Numbered from the stretch's first letter, positions 32,013 through 42,468 are shown. The stretch is DNA of 64,000 nt from an uncultured delta proteobacterium (GCA_963727445.1 CAVSGI010000015.1:224001-288000); one strand, 5' to 3'. A program made the numbers and translations. The notes: a model not told the origin generated them from the sequence alone.

Positions 32013-34040
32013 GTGGGTGCCGCCGCACCGCTCCTCCTCGCCCTGCTTCACATAGCCCTCGGCTGCAGTGACGACACGACCGCAGCCGACGCGGCGGCGG
32101 ACACGGGACGCGACGGCGCGCCGCCGCTCGACGCGATGCCGGTGGAGGTGGTGCCCGACCCGCCGATGCCCGCGGCGCTCCCCGTTCTGACGCCGTGCCC
32201 CGACGGCTGGAGCGAGGTGGACGTCGCGGGCGTGACGACGTGCGAACCCTGGACGCGGGCGGACGGGCCGGGCTGCGCCGCGGGCGAGGCGCGCTTCGTC
32301 GGTGAGAGTTGCGCTCCTCTCGGTCACGCGTGTCCGAGCGACGGGGTCCCCACCGATCTGCCCGCCGGCCCGGTCATCCACGTCTCCGCCGGCGCCACCA
32401 TGGGTGACGGCTCGCTGGGCGCACCCTTCGGCACCATCGCCGAAGCCACCGCGGCGGCGGTCGATGGCGATGTGATCGCAGTGCACAGCGGCACCTACAC
32501 AGAGGCGGTCGATCTGTCGACGCCAGGCGTCACCCTGATCGGCGCGTGCACCGCGGAGACGATCATCGACGCCCCCGACGGCCCCGTGAGCTCCGCCGCC
32601 GTGCTCATGACGGCCGACGTCTCCGTGTCGCGGATCACGGTCCGCGGCGGGCGCCCCGGTCTGCGCGCCCAGGGAGCGACTGGCACCGTCAGCGACGTGT
32701 GGGTCGAATCGAGCTTCATGGGCGTGGTCGTCACCGGCGCGGGCGCCCTGGTCGCCAACGGGCTGGTGGTGCGCGACATCGCCCCCGGCACCAGCTTCGG
32801 ATACGGCTTCTTCGTGAACGCCGGAGCGACCCTCGAGGTGCATCGCGGGCTCTTCGAAGACCTCCACGCTTTCGGTCTCGCGATGAGCGATAGCGGCTCC
32901 TCCGCGCTCTTCGAGGACGTCGCCTTTCGCGACACGAACGCCGCGCCGGACGGCACCCTGGGAACGGCCCTCGCGGTGCAGGGCGAAGCCGTTCTCACCA
33001 TTCGCCGCTCGGTCGTGGAGGGCGCGATCTCCGCCGGGATCCTGGCGCAGCTCGACGCCGAGGCGACCATCGAAGACGTGCTGGTGCGCGACATCGTCCA
33101 CGGAACGTCGCCCGACGACGGCTTCGGGATCGCCGCGGTCACGCGCGGCATCGCCCACGGCTCGAGGGTGCGGGTGCACGCCGCGACCTCGACCGGGCTG
33201 GCGGCCACCGGCTTCTCTTCCGAGATCAGCGCCGAAGACGTCGTGGTCCACGACATGCGCCCGAGCGGCGGCGAGGGTGGCGGCGGCGCCGGCGCGTTCT
33301 ACGACACCGGCGCCAGCGGCGTCGTCGAACGCATCCTCGTTCACCGCGGCGTCGGCGCGAGCATCGGCTTTCTCGGAACCGACCTGGACGTCGTCATTCG
33401 CGATGCGACCTGCCTGGACACCCAGGTGGACGCCGCCGTTGGCGTCAGTGGCGTGGGCTTCGATGTGCGGATGCAGGCGCACGCCACCATCGAGCGCGCG
33501 CTGGTTAACGGAGCCGTCGCGGCTGGTCTCGTCGTGAGCTCCGAGGGCGCGCTCCTCGACGCGAGCGATCTGCAGGTCCAGGGCGTCCGCCCCACACCCG
33601 CCAGCGACACCCTCGGCCGCGGCGCCAGCATCCAGCTCGGCGCCGAGCTCGACTGCGCCCGCTGCGCATTCCACGACGCGGTGGAAGCGGGCGTGCTCAT
33701 CCACTCCAGCATCGCGCGCTTCTCCGACCTTCGCGTCGAGGACATCGCGTCGAGCAACACCAGTGGCGCGGGCATGGGCGTGGTGGTGGTCGTGGGCGAC
33801 GCCGGCAACACCACCATCGAGCGCTTCCTCGTTCGACGCGGCGCGGTCGCCGGCGTGCAGATCGCGGACGGCGGCGACCTCACGCTTCGCGACGGCGTCA
33901 TCGCCGACAACCCCATCGGCGTCAACGTGCAGGACGCGCCGCCCGATCAGAGCGCGCTCTCCGACGGCGTCGTCTACCGCGACAACGGCCAGAACCTCGA
34001 CGCCACCAGCCTCCCGGTCCCCGAAGCGGGACCGTTCTGA
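32013..34040 (+). CDS. Lipoprotein with right-handed parallel beta-helix (DUF1565/pectin-lyase-like start), paralogue 1
   Basis: Lipobox ALGC, Cys-rich cap, GDGSLGAPFGTIAEA...VHSGTYTE and periodic beta-coil sequence. Confidence 0.8.
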   Translation: MGAAAPLLLALLHIALGCSDDTTAADAAADTGRDGAPPLDAMPVEVVPDPPMPAALPVLTPCPDGWSEVDVAGVTTCEPWTRADGPGCAAGEARFVGESCAPLGHACPSDGVPTDLPAGPVIHVSAGATMGDGSLGAPFGTIAEATAAAVDGDVIAVHSGTYTEAVDLSTPGVTLIGACTAETIIDAPDGPVSSAAVLMTADVSVSRITVRGGRPGLRAQGATGTVSDVWVESSFMGVVVTGAGALVANGLVVRDIAPGTSFGYGFFVNAGATLEVHRGLFEDLHAFGLAMSDSGSSALFEDVAFRDTNAAPDGTLGTALAVQGEAVLTIRRSVVEGAISAGILAQLDAEATIEDVLVRDIVHGTSPDDGFGIAAVTRGIAHGSRVRVHAATSTGLAATGFSSEISAEDVVVHDMRPSGGEGGGGAGAFYDTGASGVVERILVHRGVGASIGFLGTDLDVVIRDATCLDTQVDAAVGVSGVGFDVRMQAHATIERALVNGAVAAGLVVSSEGALLDASDLQVQGVRPTPASDTLGRGASIQLGAELDCARCAFHDAVEAGVLIHSSIARFSDLRVEDIASSNTSGAGMGVVVVVGDAGNTTIERFLVRRGAVAGVQIADGGDLTLRDGVIADNPIGVNVQDAPPDQSALSDGVVYRDNGQNLDATSLPVPEAGPF

Positions 34041-34080
34041 AGCCCCCGGGAACGCTTCATCGCGGTGATACGATGGATCC

Positions 34081-36105
34081 GTGAACGCCTGCCGCGCGTG
34101 CTTCGCGGTCCTCGCGCTCGTCGGTTGTGGGGAGAAGAGCGTGCCGCCCGATGACGGTGGGACGGATGGCGAAGTCGCACCCGACGTGATCGCGCCGGTG
34201 ATCGCCATGCCCGAGGCGCCCATGCTTCCGTCGCCGGTGGACATGGGAAGCTGCCCCGAAGGATGGGAGCCCACCGACCTGTCGGGGGTGACGGCCTGCC
34301 AGCCCTGGGCTCCGGATACGCCCGACTGCCTGGCGCCCGCCGTGCGATTTCCGGGGCAGGCCGCGTGCGCCGACGTCGGCGCCGATGTCTGCGTCGACGG
34401 CTTCCCCACGGACGTGTCCGGAACGAGGGTGGTGTACGTGGACGCGGGCGCGACCTCTGGAGACGGCTCGATGGCCGCGCCCTTCGCCACCATCGCCGAG
34501 GCCACAGCCGTCGCCGCAAGCGGTGAGACGATCGCGCTCGCCCCCGGCGTCTACCTCGAGGACGTCGCGCTCCCCGATGGCGTCTCGCTCCAGGGTGCGT
34601 GCGCCTCCACCACGATCATCGAGTCCGCGGAGGGACCGCTCTCCAGCGCGACGGTCGTCGCGGGAGATGGGTCGGCCCTCGCCGACCTCACGCTGCGGGG
34701 CCCGCGACCGGGCCTCCGCCTCGACGGCGTCTCCGCCGCAGCATCCCGCCTGCGGATCGAGGCACAGCACCTCGGCGTCGCCATCATCCACGGGGGCCAC
34801 CTCGACGGAGAAGATCTCGCCATCGTGGGCACGCGCGGCAGCCCGGGCGGCGGCCTGTTCCTGCTCAGCGGCTCGAGCGCCACCGTCGACGGGGCCTACC
34901 TCGACGACAACCAGACCTTCGGCGTCGGGGTCGGCGATTTCGGCTCGATGCTCACGCTGCGCCACGCGGTGATTCGACGAACCGCGCTCGTCGACATGCT
35001 CGGGGTGGGTGTGGCGGTCAGCGGCCCCGCCACGGTCGTGATCGAAGAGAGTGAGATCTCCGAGAACTCCACCGGCGGCGTCACCGCTCAGGACGGCATG
35101 ATCACCCTTCGCTCCGTCGTCATTCGTGACACGGAGGCCGGGCCGGATGGACTGCTGGGGGCCGGGATCGTCGCCACCGGCGGGGCGACCGTCGACATCG
35201 AGCGCTCTCTCGTCGCCCGGAACACGAGCGGCGCGCTCTCGCTGCTGGGGCTGCGCACCCACCTGACGGGGCGGGACGTGGTGCTCCTCGACACGCTCAG
35301 CCCGACGATGGGCGAAGGACTCGTGGCCGGAATCGGTCTGATCCTCGGCGACGGGAGCACGGCAGAGCTCACACGCACGCTTGTCGATGGCGCCGAAGGT
35401 CTCGGCGTCTCGGTCTCGGGGCTCGACTCCCACCTCGACGCCACCGACCTCACGGTGCGCAACATCTCCCCTCGTCCCGTCGACATGGCAGCCGGCCGCG
35501 GCGTCGACGTGGAGCGAGAAGCCAGCGCGAACCTGACGCGCCTGCTGGTCGAGGACGTGTACGGCTCGGCGCTCCTCGCCGCCGAGGTCGGCACGTCGAT
35601 CACCCTCACCGACACCACACTTCGCCGAGTTCGCTCGGACTTGCGAACCCGTTCGACCGGACGCGGCCTCACCATGCAATTCGGCGGCACCGTGGAAGCG
35701 TCACGACTCGCGATCGAGGACACGCGCGATGTCGGCATCCTCGCCTATGGTGAAGGCGTGATGCTCCATGCGACGGATCTGTCGATCGACCGCACCGCCG
35801 AGCGGGAGTGTGCGGTCGACACCTGCATGGATTTTCGCTCGGGCAACGGCATCACGGCGAGCGACGGGGCGATCGCCGACATCCAGTCCTTCCGCATCGC
35901 CGACAGCAACCTGGTGGGCTTGCAGATCGCGCGCGGGTCGAGGGTCACGGCGCGCGATGGCCTCGTCACCCGCAACGCCGTCGGCGTCAACGCGCAAACG
36001 GATGGCTTCGATCCCATGGACGTCTCTCAGAACGTTCAGTTCATCGACAACGGGATCAACTTCGACGGAAGCGCGTTACCCATCCCCCAGCCGGGGATGC
36101 GGTGA
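34081..36105 (+). CDS. Beta-helix lipoprotein, paralogue 2
   Basis: Lipobox LVGC, CPEGW, GDGSMAAPFATIAEA...LAPGVYLE and C-terminal NFDGSALPIP. Confidence 0.8.
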   Translation: MNACRACFAVLALVGCGEKSVPPDDGGTDGEVAPDVIAPVIAMPEAPMLPSPVDMGSCPEGWEPTDLSGVTACQPWAPDTPDCLAPAVRFPGQAACADVGADVCVDGFPTDVSGTRVVYVDAGATSGDGSMAAPFATIAEATAVAASGETIALAPGVYLEDVALPDGVSLQGACASTTIIESAEGPLSSATVVAGDGSALADLTLRGPRPGLRLDGVSAAASRLRIEAQHLGVAIIHGGHLDGEDLAIVGTRGSPGGGLFLLSGSSATVDGAYLDDNQTFGVGVGDFGSMLTLRHAVIRRTALVDMLGVGVAVSGPATVVIEESEISENSTGGVTAQDGMITLRSVVIRDTEAGPDGLLGAGIVATGGATVDIERSLVARNTSGALSLLGLRTHLTGRDVVLLDTLSPTMGEGLVAGIGLILGDGSTAELTRTLVDGAEGLGVSVSGLDSHLDATDLTVRNISPRPVDMAAGRGVDVEREASANLTRLLVEDVYGSALLAAEVGTSITLTDTTLRRVRSDLRTRSTGRGLTMQFGGTVEASRLAIEDTRDVGILAYGEGVMLHATDLSIDRTAERECAVDTCMDFRSGNGITASDGAIADIQSFRIADSNLVGLQIARGSRVTARDGLVTRNAVGVNAQTDGFDPMDVSQNVQFIDNGINFDGSALPIPQPGMR

Positions 36106-38102
36106 GGCGCGCCGCCCTCGCGGCCGCATTGCTCGCGGCAGCCGCCTGCAGTGACGACGTGGGCCCAGTCGACGCGCGCGTGGATGCGGCCGACGCTGCG
36201 CCCGATGCCGCGCCTCTCGAGATCGTCCCCCAGGCGCCGACCGCGCCCGCGCTCCCCGACTTCGGCGGCTGCCCCCGCGGCTGGTCGGCCCGCGCGGTGG
36301 GAGATGCGGCGGGATGCGAACCGTGGACTCTCGACGAGGGCCCGGCGTGTCCCGATGGGGAGGTGCGCTTCGTGGGCGAAGGGTGTGCTCCCCTCGGCCC
36401 GTCTTGTCCCGCCGATGGTGTCCCCGAGGGTCTGTCCGGCGCCGAGATCCACGTGCGGGCCGGCGCGAGCGGCGGGGACGGCTCGCTCGCGGCGCCCTAC
36501 GGCACCATCGGCGAAGCGATCGCATTCGCGACCGCCGGCGACACGATCGCAGTCCACAGCGGCACCTACACCGAAGCGGTGGACCTGACGGCGCTGCCCG
36601 GCGTTTCCCTCTTCGGCGCCTGCGCCAGTGGCACCGTCCTCACCCTGCCGGATCCGGGCGGCGACCCGATGGTCGAGCTCGGCGAGGGCTGTCATCTCGA
36701 GCGCGTCTCGATCTTCGCCGAACGACCGGGTGTGCGCGTGCGTGGGGTCTCAGCGACGGTGCGCGACGTCTGGGTCGAAGGGCAATCGGCGGGCTTCGTC
36801 GTCACCACGGGCGGGCAGCTGACCGCCGATGGGATCGTCGCCATGCACACCAGCCTCGGGCCGAGCGACGTGGGCATGGGCGCCTTCGTCTACGACGGCT
36901 CCCACGCCGAGCTGCGCCGCGTGTACTTCGACGACGTGCGCGCTTTCGGGCTGGGCGTGTCCACGAGTACCGTGATCCTCGAAGACGCCGTCATCCGAAA
37001 CGTGGACACGACCACCGAAGGGGTCCTCGGTCAGGGTGTCGCGGTCCAGGAAGCGGGCGAAGCGACGCTGCGCCGCGTGGTGATCGAGCACGCGCGGACC
37101 GCCGCCATCTTCGCTCAGCTCGGCGGGCGGGTGACGCTCGAAGACGCGGTGCTTCGCGACATCGTCGCCGGCAGCGACGACGCCAGCGGCTTCGGGCTCA
37201 CGGCGAACCAGGAGGCGACGGTCGATGTCTCGCGCACGTGGATCCACGGCGCGACCACCACCGGGCTGGTTCTGGTGGGCCACCGGGGAGCCATCACCGG
37301 CCGCGAGCTGATCATCGACGAGGTGCGCCCACGTCCGATGGGGAACAACGGGGGCGCTGCCGTGGTCTTCGACACCGGAACGACGGCGCTCCTCGAACGG
37401 CTCTACGTCGAGCGGAGCCATGGCGCCGGCGTGGCGCTCCTCGGCGCCGATCTGGACGTGACGCTCCGAGACCTGACGGTGAAAGACGTGCAGCCCGACC
37501 CGGCCACCGGTGCGATCGGCTCGGGCCTCGATCTCCGGATGGACGCGGACGCCGTCGTGGAGCGGGCGTCGGTCGCGGGCTCCACCGGGACGGGGATCCT
37601 GGCGAGCGACGTGGGCTCCACGCTCACCGCGCGCGATCTGAGGGTCGAAGCAACGCTGGCGACGGAGATGGGCTTCGCCGGTCGCGGCCTGACCGCGCAG
37701 CTCGGGGCGGGCCTCTCCTGCACGCGCTGCGCCTTCGCCGACAACGTGGAAGCGGGGGTGCTCCTTCACGGCCCTGAAGGGGAGCGGCGCCTCACGGAGG
37801 TGACGATCGAGGGGACGCGCATCAACGCGGGCAGCGGCGCGGCGATGGGTGTGGTCGCGGTGCGCGAAGCGACGGGGCGGATCGAGCGCTTCCTGATCCG
37901 CGACAACGCGGTGGCCGGGATCCAGATCGCGGACGGCGGCCATCTCGTGCTTCACGACGGGGTGATCGCCGACAACCCGGTCGGTGTGAACGTCCAGGAC
38001 GCGCCCCCGGACGAAGAGGCCCTGTCGGACGGCGTCGTCTACCGGGACAACGATCAGAACCTCGATTCGAGCGCGCTGCCCGTTCCGTCGACCGGGCCTT
38101 GA
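36102..38102 (+). CDS. Beta-helix lipoprotein, paralogue 3
   Basis: GTG 36102 overlaps the previous TGA. Lipobox AAAC, GDGSLAAPYGTIGEA...VHSGTYTE and C-terminal NLDSSALPVP. Confidence 0.8.
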   Translation: MRRAALAAALLAAAACSDDVGPVDARVDAADAAPDAAPLEIVPQAPTAPALPDFGGCPRGWSARAVGDAAGCEPWTLDEGPACPDGEVRFVGEGCAPLGPSCPADGVPEGLSGAEIHVRAGASGGDGSLAAPYGTIGEAIAFATAGDTIAVHSGTYTEAVDLTALPGVSLFGACASGTVLTLPDPGGDPMVELGEGCHLERVSIFAERPGVRVRGVSATVRDVWVEGQSAGFVVTTGGQLTADGIVAMHTSLGPSDVGMGAFVYDGSHAELRRVYFDDVRAFGLGVSTSTVILEDAVIRNVDTTTEGVLGQGVAVQEAGEATLRRVVIEHARTAAIFAQLGGRVTLEDAVLRDIVAGSDDASGFGLTANQEATVDVSRTWIHGATTTGLVLVGHRGAITGRELIIDEVRPRPMGNNGGAAVVFDTGTTALLERLYVERSHGAGVALLGADLDVTLRDLTVKDVQPDPATGAIGSGLDLRMDADAVVERASVAGSTGTGILASDVGSTLTARDLRVEATLATEMGFAGRGLTAQLGAGLSCTRCAFADNVEAGVLLHGPEGERRLTEVTIEGTRINAGSGAAMGVVAVREATGRIERFLIRDNAVAGIQIADGGHLVLHDGVIADNPVGVNVQDAPPDEEALSDGVVYRDNDQNLDSSALPVPSTGP

Positions 38103-38163
38103 GCCTCCACCACCGCGCGCGCCGCCGTGAATGCCCCCGCCGCCGGCCGCAACGATCCGAGTG

Positions 38164-38652
38164 ATGCCCCGAAGAAGTCTCGCCATGTGGATGGCGGGGG
38201 TGGGTGTGGTGTGTGCGCTCGCCGCCGCGCCCGCCCGCGCCCAGAGCCCCAATCACGGTGTCGCCGCCAAGGCCGCGGTCGACCACGCCATGTCCCGCGC
38301 GTGGCAGGTCAGCCGGCGGGTGGCGAGCGGCCTCGACCGGGCGCGCACCTCGCGCGACCGCATCCAGGCCCACTGCCTCGACCGCACGCTGTCGGAGGTC
38401 AACGCCGTCCTCAGGATGCTGAGGCACCACGAGGATCGCCTCGACGAGGTCGACCCGCGGGAGATCCACCATCTGCGCACGGTCTTCCAGGTCCTCGAGC
38501 GCCGGCTCACGGATCTCGAAGGCCAGGCCATGGTCTGCGAGGGCGCGGACCCCAGTCAGGAGCGCGCCACCACCCACGTCGAGGTCTCGATCAGCCCCGA
38601 AACCCCACGGATCGACCCCTCCAGGCTGCCCCGCCCCCGACAGCTCTTCTGA
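38164..38652 (+). CDS. Hypothetical secreted helical protein with two mature-region Cys
   Basis: Signal peptide ending ARA-Q, amphipathic helices and a Pro-rich tail. Start is approximate. Confidence 0.65.
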   Translation: MPRRSLAMWMAGVGVVCALAAAPARAQSPNHGVAAKAAVDHAMSRAWQVSRRVASGLDRARTSRDRIQAHCLDRTLSEVNAVLRMLRHHEDRLDEVDPREIHHLRTVFQVLERRLTDLEGQAMVCEGADPSQERATTHVEVSISPETPRIDPSRLPRPRQLF

Positions 38653-38727
38653 GCCGGGGCAGGGACTTGCGCCGGCAAGCCCGGCATGCCACCTTCCGCG
38701 CCCCCAGACGGAAAGAGGCGATTTTCG

Positions 38728-38949
38728 ATGAAGAGTGAGGCAGTCATCTGTAAGCCCGTGGAAGTCGTGGTCGGAGACAAGGGTCTCGACCGCGCGGTGA
38801 AGCACCTCAAGCGCAAGATGGCGTCGGAGGGCATCCTCCGTGAGCTGAAGCGTCGCCGTCACTACATGAAGCCCTCGGTTCGCCGTCGGAAGAAGGAAGC
38901 GGAGGCCGCGCGCCGCCGCCGCAAGCGCGTCAAGCAGCTCGGCGCCTGA
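38728..38949 (+). CDS. rpsU: 30S ribosomal protein S21 (bS21)
   Basis: LDRAVKHLKRKM..EGILRELKRRRHYMKPSVRRRKK; RBS gaaagagg. Confidence 0.95.
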   Translation: MKSEAVICKPVEVVVGDKGLDRAVKHLKRKMASEGILRELKRRRHYMKPSVRRRKKEAEAARRRRKRVKQLGA

Positions 38950-38973
38950 GCCCGACGACGACTCGTGTTATTC

Positions 38974-39006
38974 AAGAGCTCCGCACCACGCGTGCGGGGC
39001 TCTTTT
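38974..39006 (+). terminator. Rho-independent terminator after rpsU
   Basis: aagagctccgcac-cacgc-gtgcggggctctt followed by further T residues. Confidence 0.75.
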
Positions 39007-39027
39007 CGTTTGCGAGCGTGGGTGTCG

Positions 39028-39546
39028 ATGACCTGGATCTTTGGATACGGATCGTTGGTGTGGCGGCCGGCCTTTCCCTACCAGGAGAAGCAGCCAGCGT
39101 TCATCCGCGGGTTCGTGCGCCGCTTCTGGCAGGGGTCGACGGATCATCGAGGCGTACCGGGAGCGCCGGGGCGGGTGGTCACGCTGATCCCCAAGGAGAG
39201 CGCGCTGACCTGGGGCACGGCCTATCGCCTCGCCGACGAACATCGCGACGAAGTGATGGCGCAGCTCGATCATCGCGAGCAGGGCGGCTACACGCATCAC
39301 CGCACGATGGTCTTCGCCCGCGACGGCTCGGTCCTCGAGGAGGCGCTGGTCTACGTCGCCACCGAGACCAACGCGAACTGGCTCGGCGATGCGCCCCTCG
39401 ACATCATCGCCGACCAGGTGCGCGGCTCCCGCGGGCCGAGCGGCGACAACGTCGAGTACGTGGTGGAGCTGGCCCGCGCGCTCCGGGAAATGGGAGCGGA
39501 AGATCCCCACGTCTTCGAGCTCGAAGCGTTGGTGCGCCCCGGCTGA
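39028..39546 (+). CDS. chaC: ChaC-family gamma-glutamylcyclotransferase
   Basis: WIFGYGSLVW, RRFWQGSTDHRG.P..PGRVVTL, LDHRE and GPSG.N.EY. Confidence 0.92.
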   Translation: MTWIFGYGSLVWRPAFPYQEKQPAFIRGFVRRFWQGSTDHRGVPGAPGRVVTLIPKESALTWGTAYRLADEHRDEVMAQLDHREQGGYTHHRTMVFARDGSVLEEALVYVATETNANWLGDAPLDIIADQVRGSRGPSGDNVEYVVELARALREMGAEDPHVFELEALVRPG

Positions 39547-39558
39547 TATCCTCGGGCC

Positions 39559-40206
39559 ATGGGGGCCCCTCTGATCTTTCTCGCGCTCCTCGTCGCGACC
39601 GCTGCGGGGGCGTGCACCGAATCCACCACCCAGTGCACGAGCTCGCTCGATTGCCCGGCGGGCAACCGCTGCGTCGAAGGCGTCTGTCAGGCGTCGATGG
39701 ACGGCAGCCCGCCGGACGGATCGCCGGATACGGGCACGGCTGACGCCGGCACGATGGATACCGGCACGGTCGACACCGGGGCGATGGACACGGGCGTCGA
39801 CACGGGCTCGATCGATACCGGCACCGCCGATACCGGCACCGCCGACACCGGCACGAGCGACACCAGCCCAACCGACACCGGCGCGGCCGACACCGGGGTG
39901 GATACGGGCACGCCCGAGTGCACGGCGGGCATGTACCGGACCTGCCCGGGCCCGGGCGGGCAGTACTGCCTGCCCTCCGGGATGTGGAGCGCGTGTCTGA
40001 CCGCGGATCCGACCTGCACTGGTGCAGGCGGCTCCTACACGGGCTGTCGCGGTACGGGCTGCTCGGTCTGCACCGATCTGCTCACCACCTACGACTGCTA
40101 CTTCGAGAACCACCCGAGCTGCGTGCCGAATCCAACCTGCGCCGGCCTCTATTACACCTGCTCGCCCGGTTGCCCGGCGCCCACGGCCGCCGATCGCTGT
40201 CCCTGA
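39559..40206 (+). CDS. Cys-rich lipoprotein with (DTGxx)n linker
   Basis: Lipobox-like AGAC, CxxxxDCxxxxxC module, about 12 DTG/DAG units and a Cys-dense C-domain. Confidence 0.75.
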   Translation: MGAPLIFLALLVATAAGACTESTTQCTSSLDCPAGNRCVEGVCQASMDGSPPDGSPDTGTADAGTMDTGTVDTGAMDTGVDTGSIDTGTADTGTADTGTSDTSPTDTGAADTGVDTGTPECTAGMYRTCPGPGGQYCLPSGMWSACLTADPTCTGAGGSYTGCRGTGCSVCTDLLTTYDCYFENHPSCVPNPTCAGLYYTCSPGCPAPTAADRCP

Positions 40207-41256
40207 TCAGAGCCCGAAGCTCGCCGTCGCGGCGGTGAAGGCCGCCCAGCCGAGCCAGCCGAGGCCGCTCGAGACAGCGCGCCGCTGCGCCGCGCGACGA
40301 CTCCCGCGAAAGACCGCGTCGGCCGTGACACGCTGCGCGTTGCTGCGGTAGGCGCTCTCGGCGGTCTGCCCGAGCTGGTAGGCGAGGAGGGTGAGGACCC
40401 TGTCCTCTTCGCTCACTGTGGAGGCGTCGATGTGAACCTTGATCGTGCTTCCGTCGGCGCGGACGACGCGGGCGGGCTGGCCCGCTTCGGTCGGGAGGTG
40501 GAGCTCGGGGGCGCGGCCGAGGCGCGCGAACACCAGGACGCGTTGAAGCGCGACGAGGGCGAAGAGGACGGACAACGCGAGCATGCCGATGGCCCAGATG
40601 GCGTGGCGGTCGTCGATCGCCTGAGCCCCGCGGGGCACGCCCGAGAGCGCGGTGCGATAGGCGTAGAGCCCGACCGCGGCCAAGGAGAGGAGGAGCGGCG
40701 CCCCCAGCCCCCACTCCCCGACGCGTCGGCGCAGGCTTGGCGACGGCGAGGAGGCGGCCACGCCGAGACCGATGCCCGACACCAGCGTCGCCGCCGCGAG
40801 GGTGCCGAAGATCTCACTGCCCTCGCTCGCGCCGAGGCGCCACATCGCGTAGGGCGCGAGCACCGTCACCACTACCGCCAGGAGCACCGCGAGGCCCGCT
40901 TCGGTGTAGACGCCGCCACGGATGAAATGCCCCGCCCACCGAATGCTCGCGCTGAGGCTCGCGTGGACGAAGAGAGAGAGGACGAGGAGCCCGAATGGCG
41001 TGTCGATGGTGGCGTGGGTCAGCAGCACCAACATCCATCCCCCGAAACCGGCCGCGAACCCGGCGAGCATCACCATGCGCCCGTCGATCGCGCCGCCCGT
41101 ATGGCGCACCATCGCCACGATCAACGCCCCACCGATGATCCCTGGCGCGCCGAAGAAGGTGAGCAGAGCGACGGCGAAGAGGGGCCAATAGGCGAGCGCC
41201 CGAGCCACCGTCACGAAAGTCGGCTCGTCCCAACGCCCCGCACCACCACGACCCAC
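40207..41256 (-). CDS. Hypothetical polytopic membrane protein
   Basis: Seven to eight hydrophobic segments; fills the gap between neighbouring genes. Confidence 0.65.
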   Translation of the reverse strand: MGRGGAGRWDEPTFVTVARALAYWPLFAVALLTFFGAPGIIGGALIVAMVRHTGGAIDGRMVMLAGFAAGFGGWMLVLLTHATIDTPFGLLVLSLFVHASLSASIRWAGHFIRGGVYTEAGLAVLLAVVVTVLAPYAMWRLGASEGSEIFGTLAAATLVSGIGLGVAASSPSPSLRRRVGEWGLGAPLLLSLAAVGLYAYRTALSGVPRGAQAIDDRHAIWAIGMLALSVLFALVALQRVLVFARLGRAPELHLPTEAGQPARVVRADGSTIKVHIDASTVSEEDRVLTLLAYQLGQTAESAYRSNAQRVTADAVFRGSRRAAQRRAVSSGLGWLGWAAFTAATASFGL

Positions 41257-41405
41257 CCCTCAAGCATGGGGCCGCCGAGGGCGGAGGCAAGGTGGGCCTG
41301 GTCGAAGGTGCCCAACCCGTGTCCAGAGGCTTTCTCATGTATCTTTGACCCACGCTCGTCGCGGCTCACCGGGTGCCGCAAAGAGGCGTGTCCTCGAGGT
41401 TCCCC

Positions 41406-42431
41406 ATGAAGACGGCTCGGCTGATGTGGCTCGCGCTCGGAATCGCCACCTGCGCACCCGGCTTCGCTTCCGCTCAGCCGCTGATCACCTTCGATGATTG
41501 GTCGGATGGCTGTGACATGACGTCCCCCTGCTCGAACGGGTACTTCGACGGTGACGTCGGATCGTTTTCAGTGATCACCGACTTCGACGGGGAGATGTGT
41601 CTTTCTGGGAAGTGCGTCCTCACGACTTGGGACCCGGCGGCCGCGGACACCCAGTTCCCGCAGATACGACCACTCGACTCCGGCGCGCCACGCACGACCC
41701 AGTGGGTCCAGGCGGACTTCTATCTGCCTGGCGAGCTCATCACGCTGCTGGAATCCGCCAGCGATGTTCAGGTGACGTTGTTGCAGATCAACACCGACAC
41801 GGGCGACCATTATGCACGCCTGTACCTGGAGCGCTCTTCATCCGGGTGGCTGCACACGCTGCTGTCTCTCGATACCACCGTCTCCGCGAGCACACCCGAT
41901 TACCCGGTGACCGAAGGGTGGCACTCCGTGGCGTTCGGACTCGAAATCCCAGCGCCCATGACCGGGGGCCCGGCCACGATGACCTTGGTCTTCGATGGAA
42001 TGGAAGCAACCGGCAGCAGCAGTGATTGGACCAACCCCGGTGTGAACATCGTGAGCGCCTGGGGCCTCGGCCCCGGGACCAGCGACGGCGCCGCCCCGCG
42101 GCTCGTGATCGAGAACCTCTGCTTCGCCGAGAGCGAAGCGTTGGCGGCGGCCGCATGCGCGACGGCCACCCCACCGGACGCGGGACCTGGCGACGCAGGA
42201 CCTGGCGACGCGGGACCTGGCGACGCGGCGATCACCGATGCTGCCACGGACGGATCGACTCCCGACGGTTCCAGGGACACCGGCGCGCCGGCCATGGATG
42301 GTGGAGCGGGCTTCTTCCGGGGCGCGGGTGGCTGCGATTGTCGGGTCGTCGCCCTGACGCCTCGCGCCTTCGGCGCACCGCTCTTCCTCGCCATCGCGGC
42401 GGGGCTCGCGTGGCGCCGGCGACGACGTTGA
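41406..42431 (+). CDS. Secreted beta-sandwich-like protein with MYXO-CTERM-like anchor
   Basis: Signal peptide ending ASA-Q, (DAGPG)n linker and GGCDC-hydrophobic-RRRRR tail. Confidence 0.75.
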   Translation: MKTARLMWLALGIATCAPGFASAQPLITFDDWSDGCDMTSPCSNGYFDGDVGSFSVITDFDGEMCLSGKCVLTTWDPAAADTQFPQIRPLDSGAPRTTQWVQADFYLPGELITLLESASDVQVTLLQINTDTGDHYARLYLERSSSGWLHTLLSLDTTVSASTPDYPVTEGWHSVAFGLEIPAPMTGGPATMTLVFDGMEATGSSSDWTNPGVNIVSAWGLGPGTSDGAAPRLVIENLCFAESEALAAAACATATPPDAGPGDAGPGDAGPGDAAITDAATDGSTPDGSRDTGAPAMDGGAGFFRGAGGCDCRVVALTPRAFGAPLFLAIAAGLAWRRRRR

Positions 42432-42468
42432 CGGCCCGAACTCGTGACTTCGGTCATACTGAAGGGCG

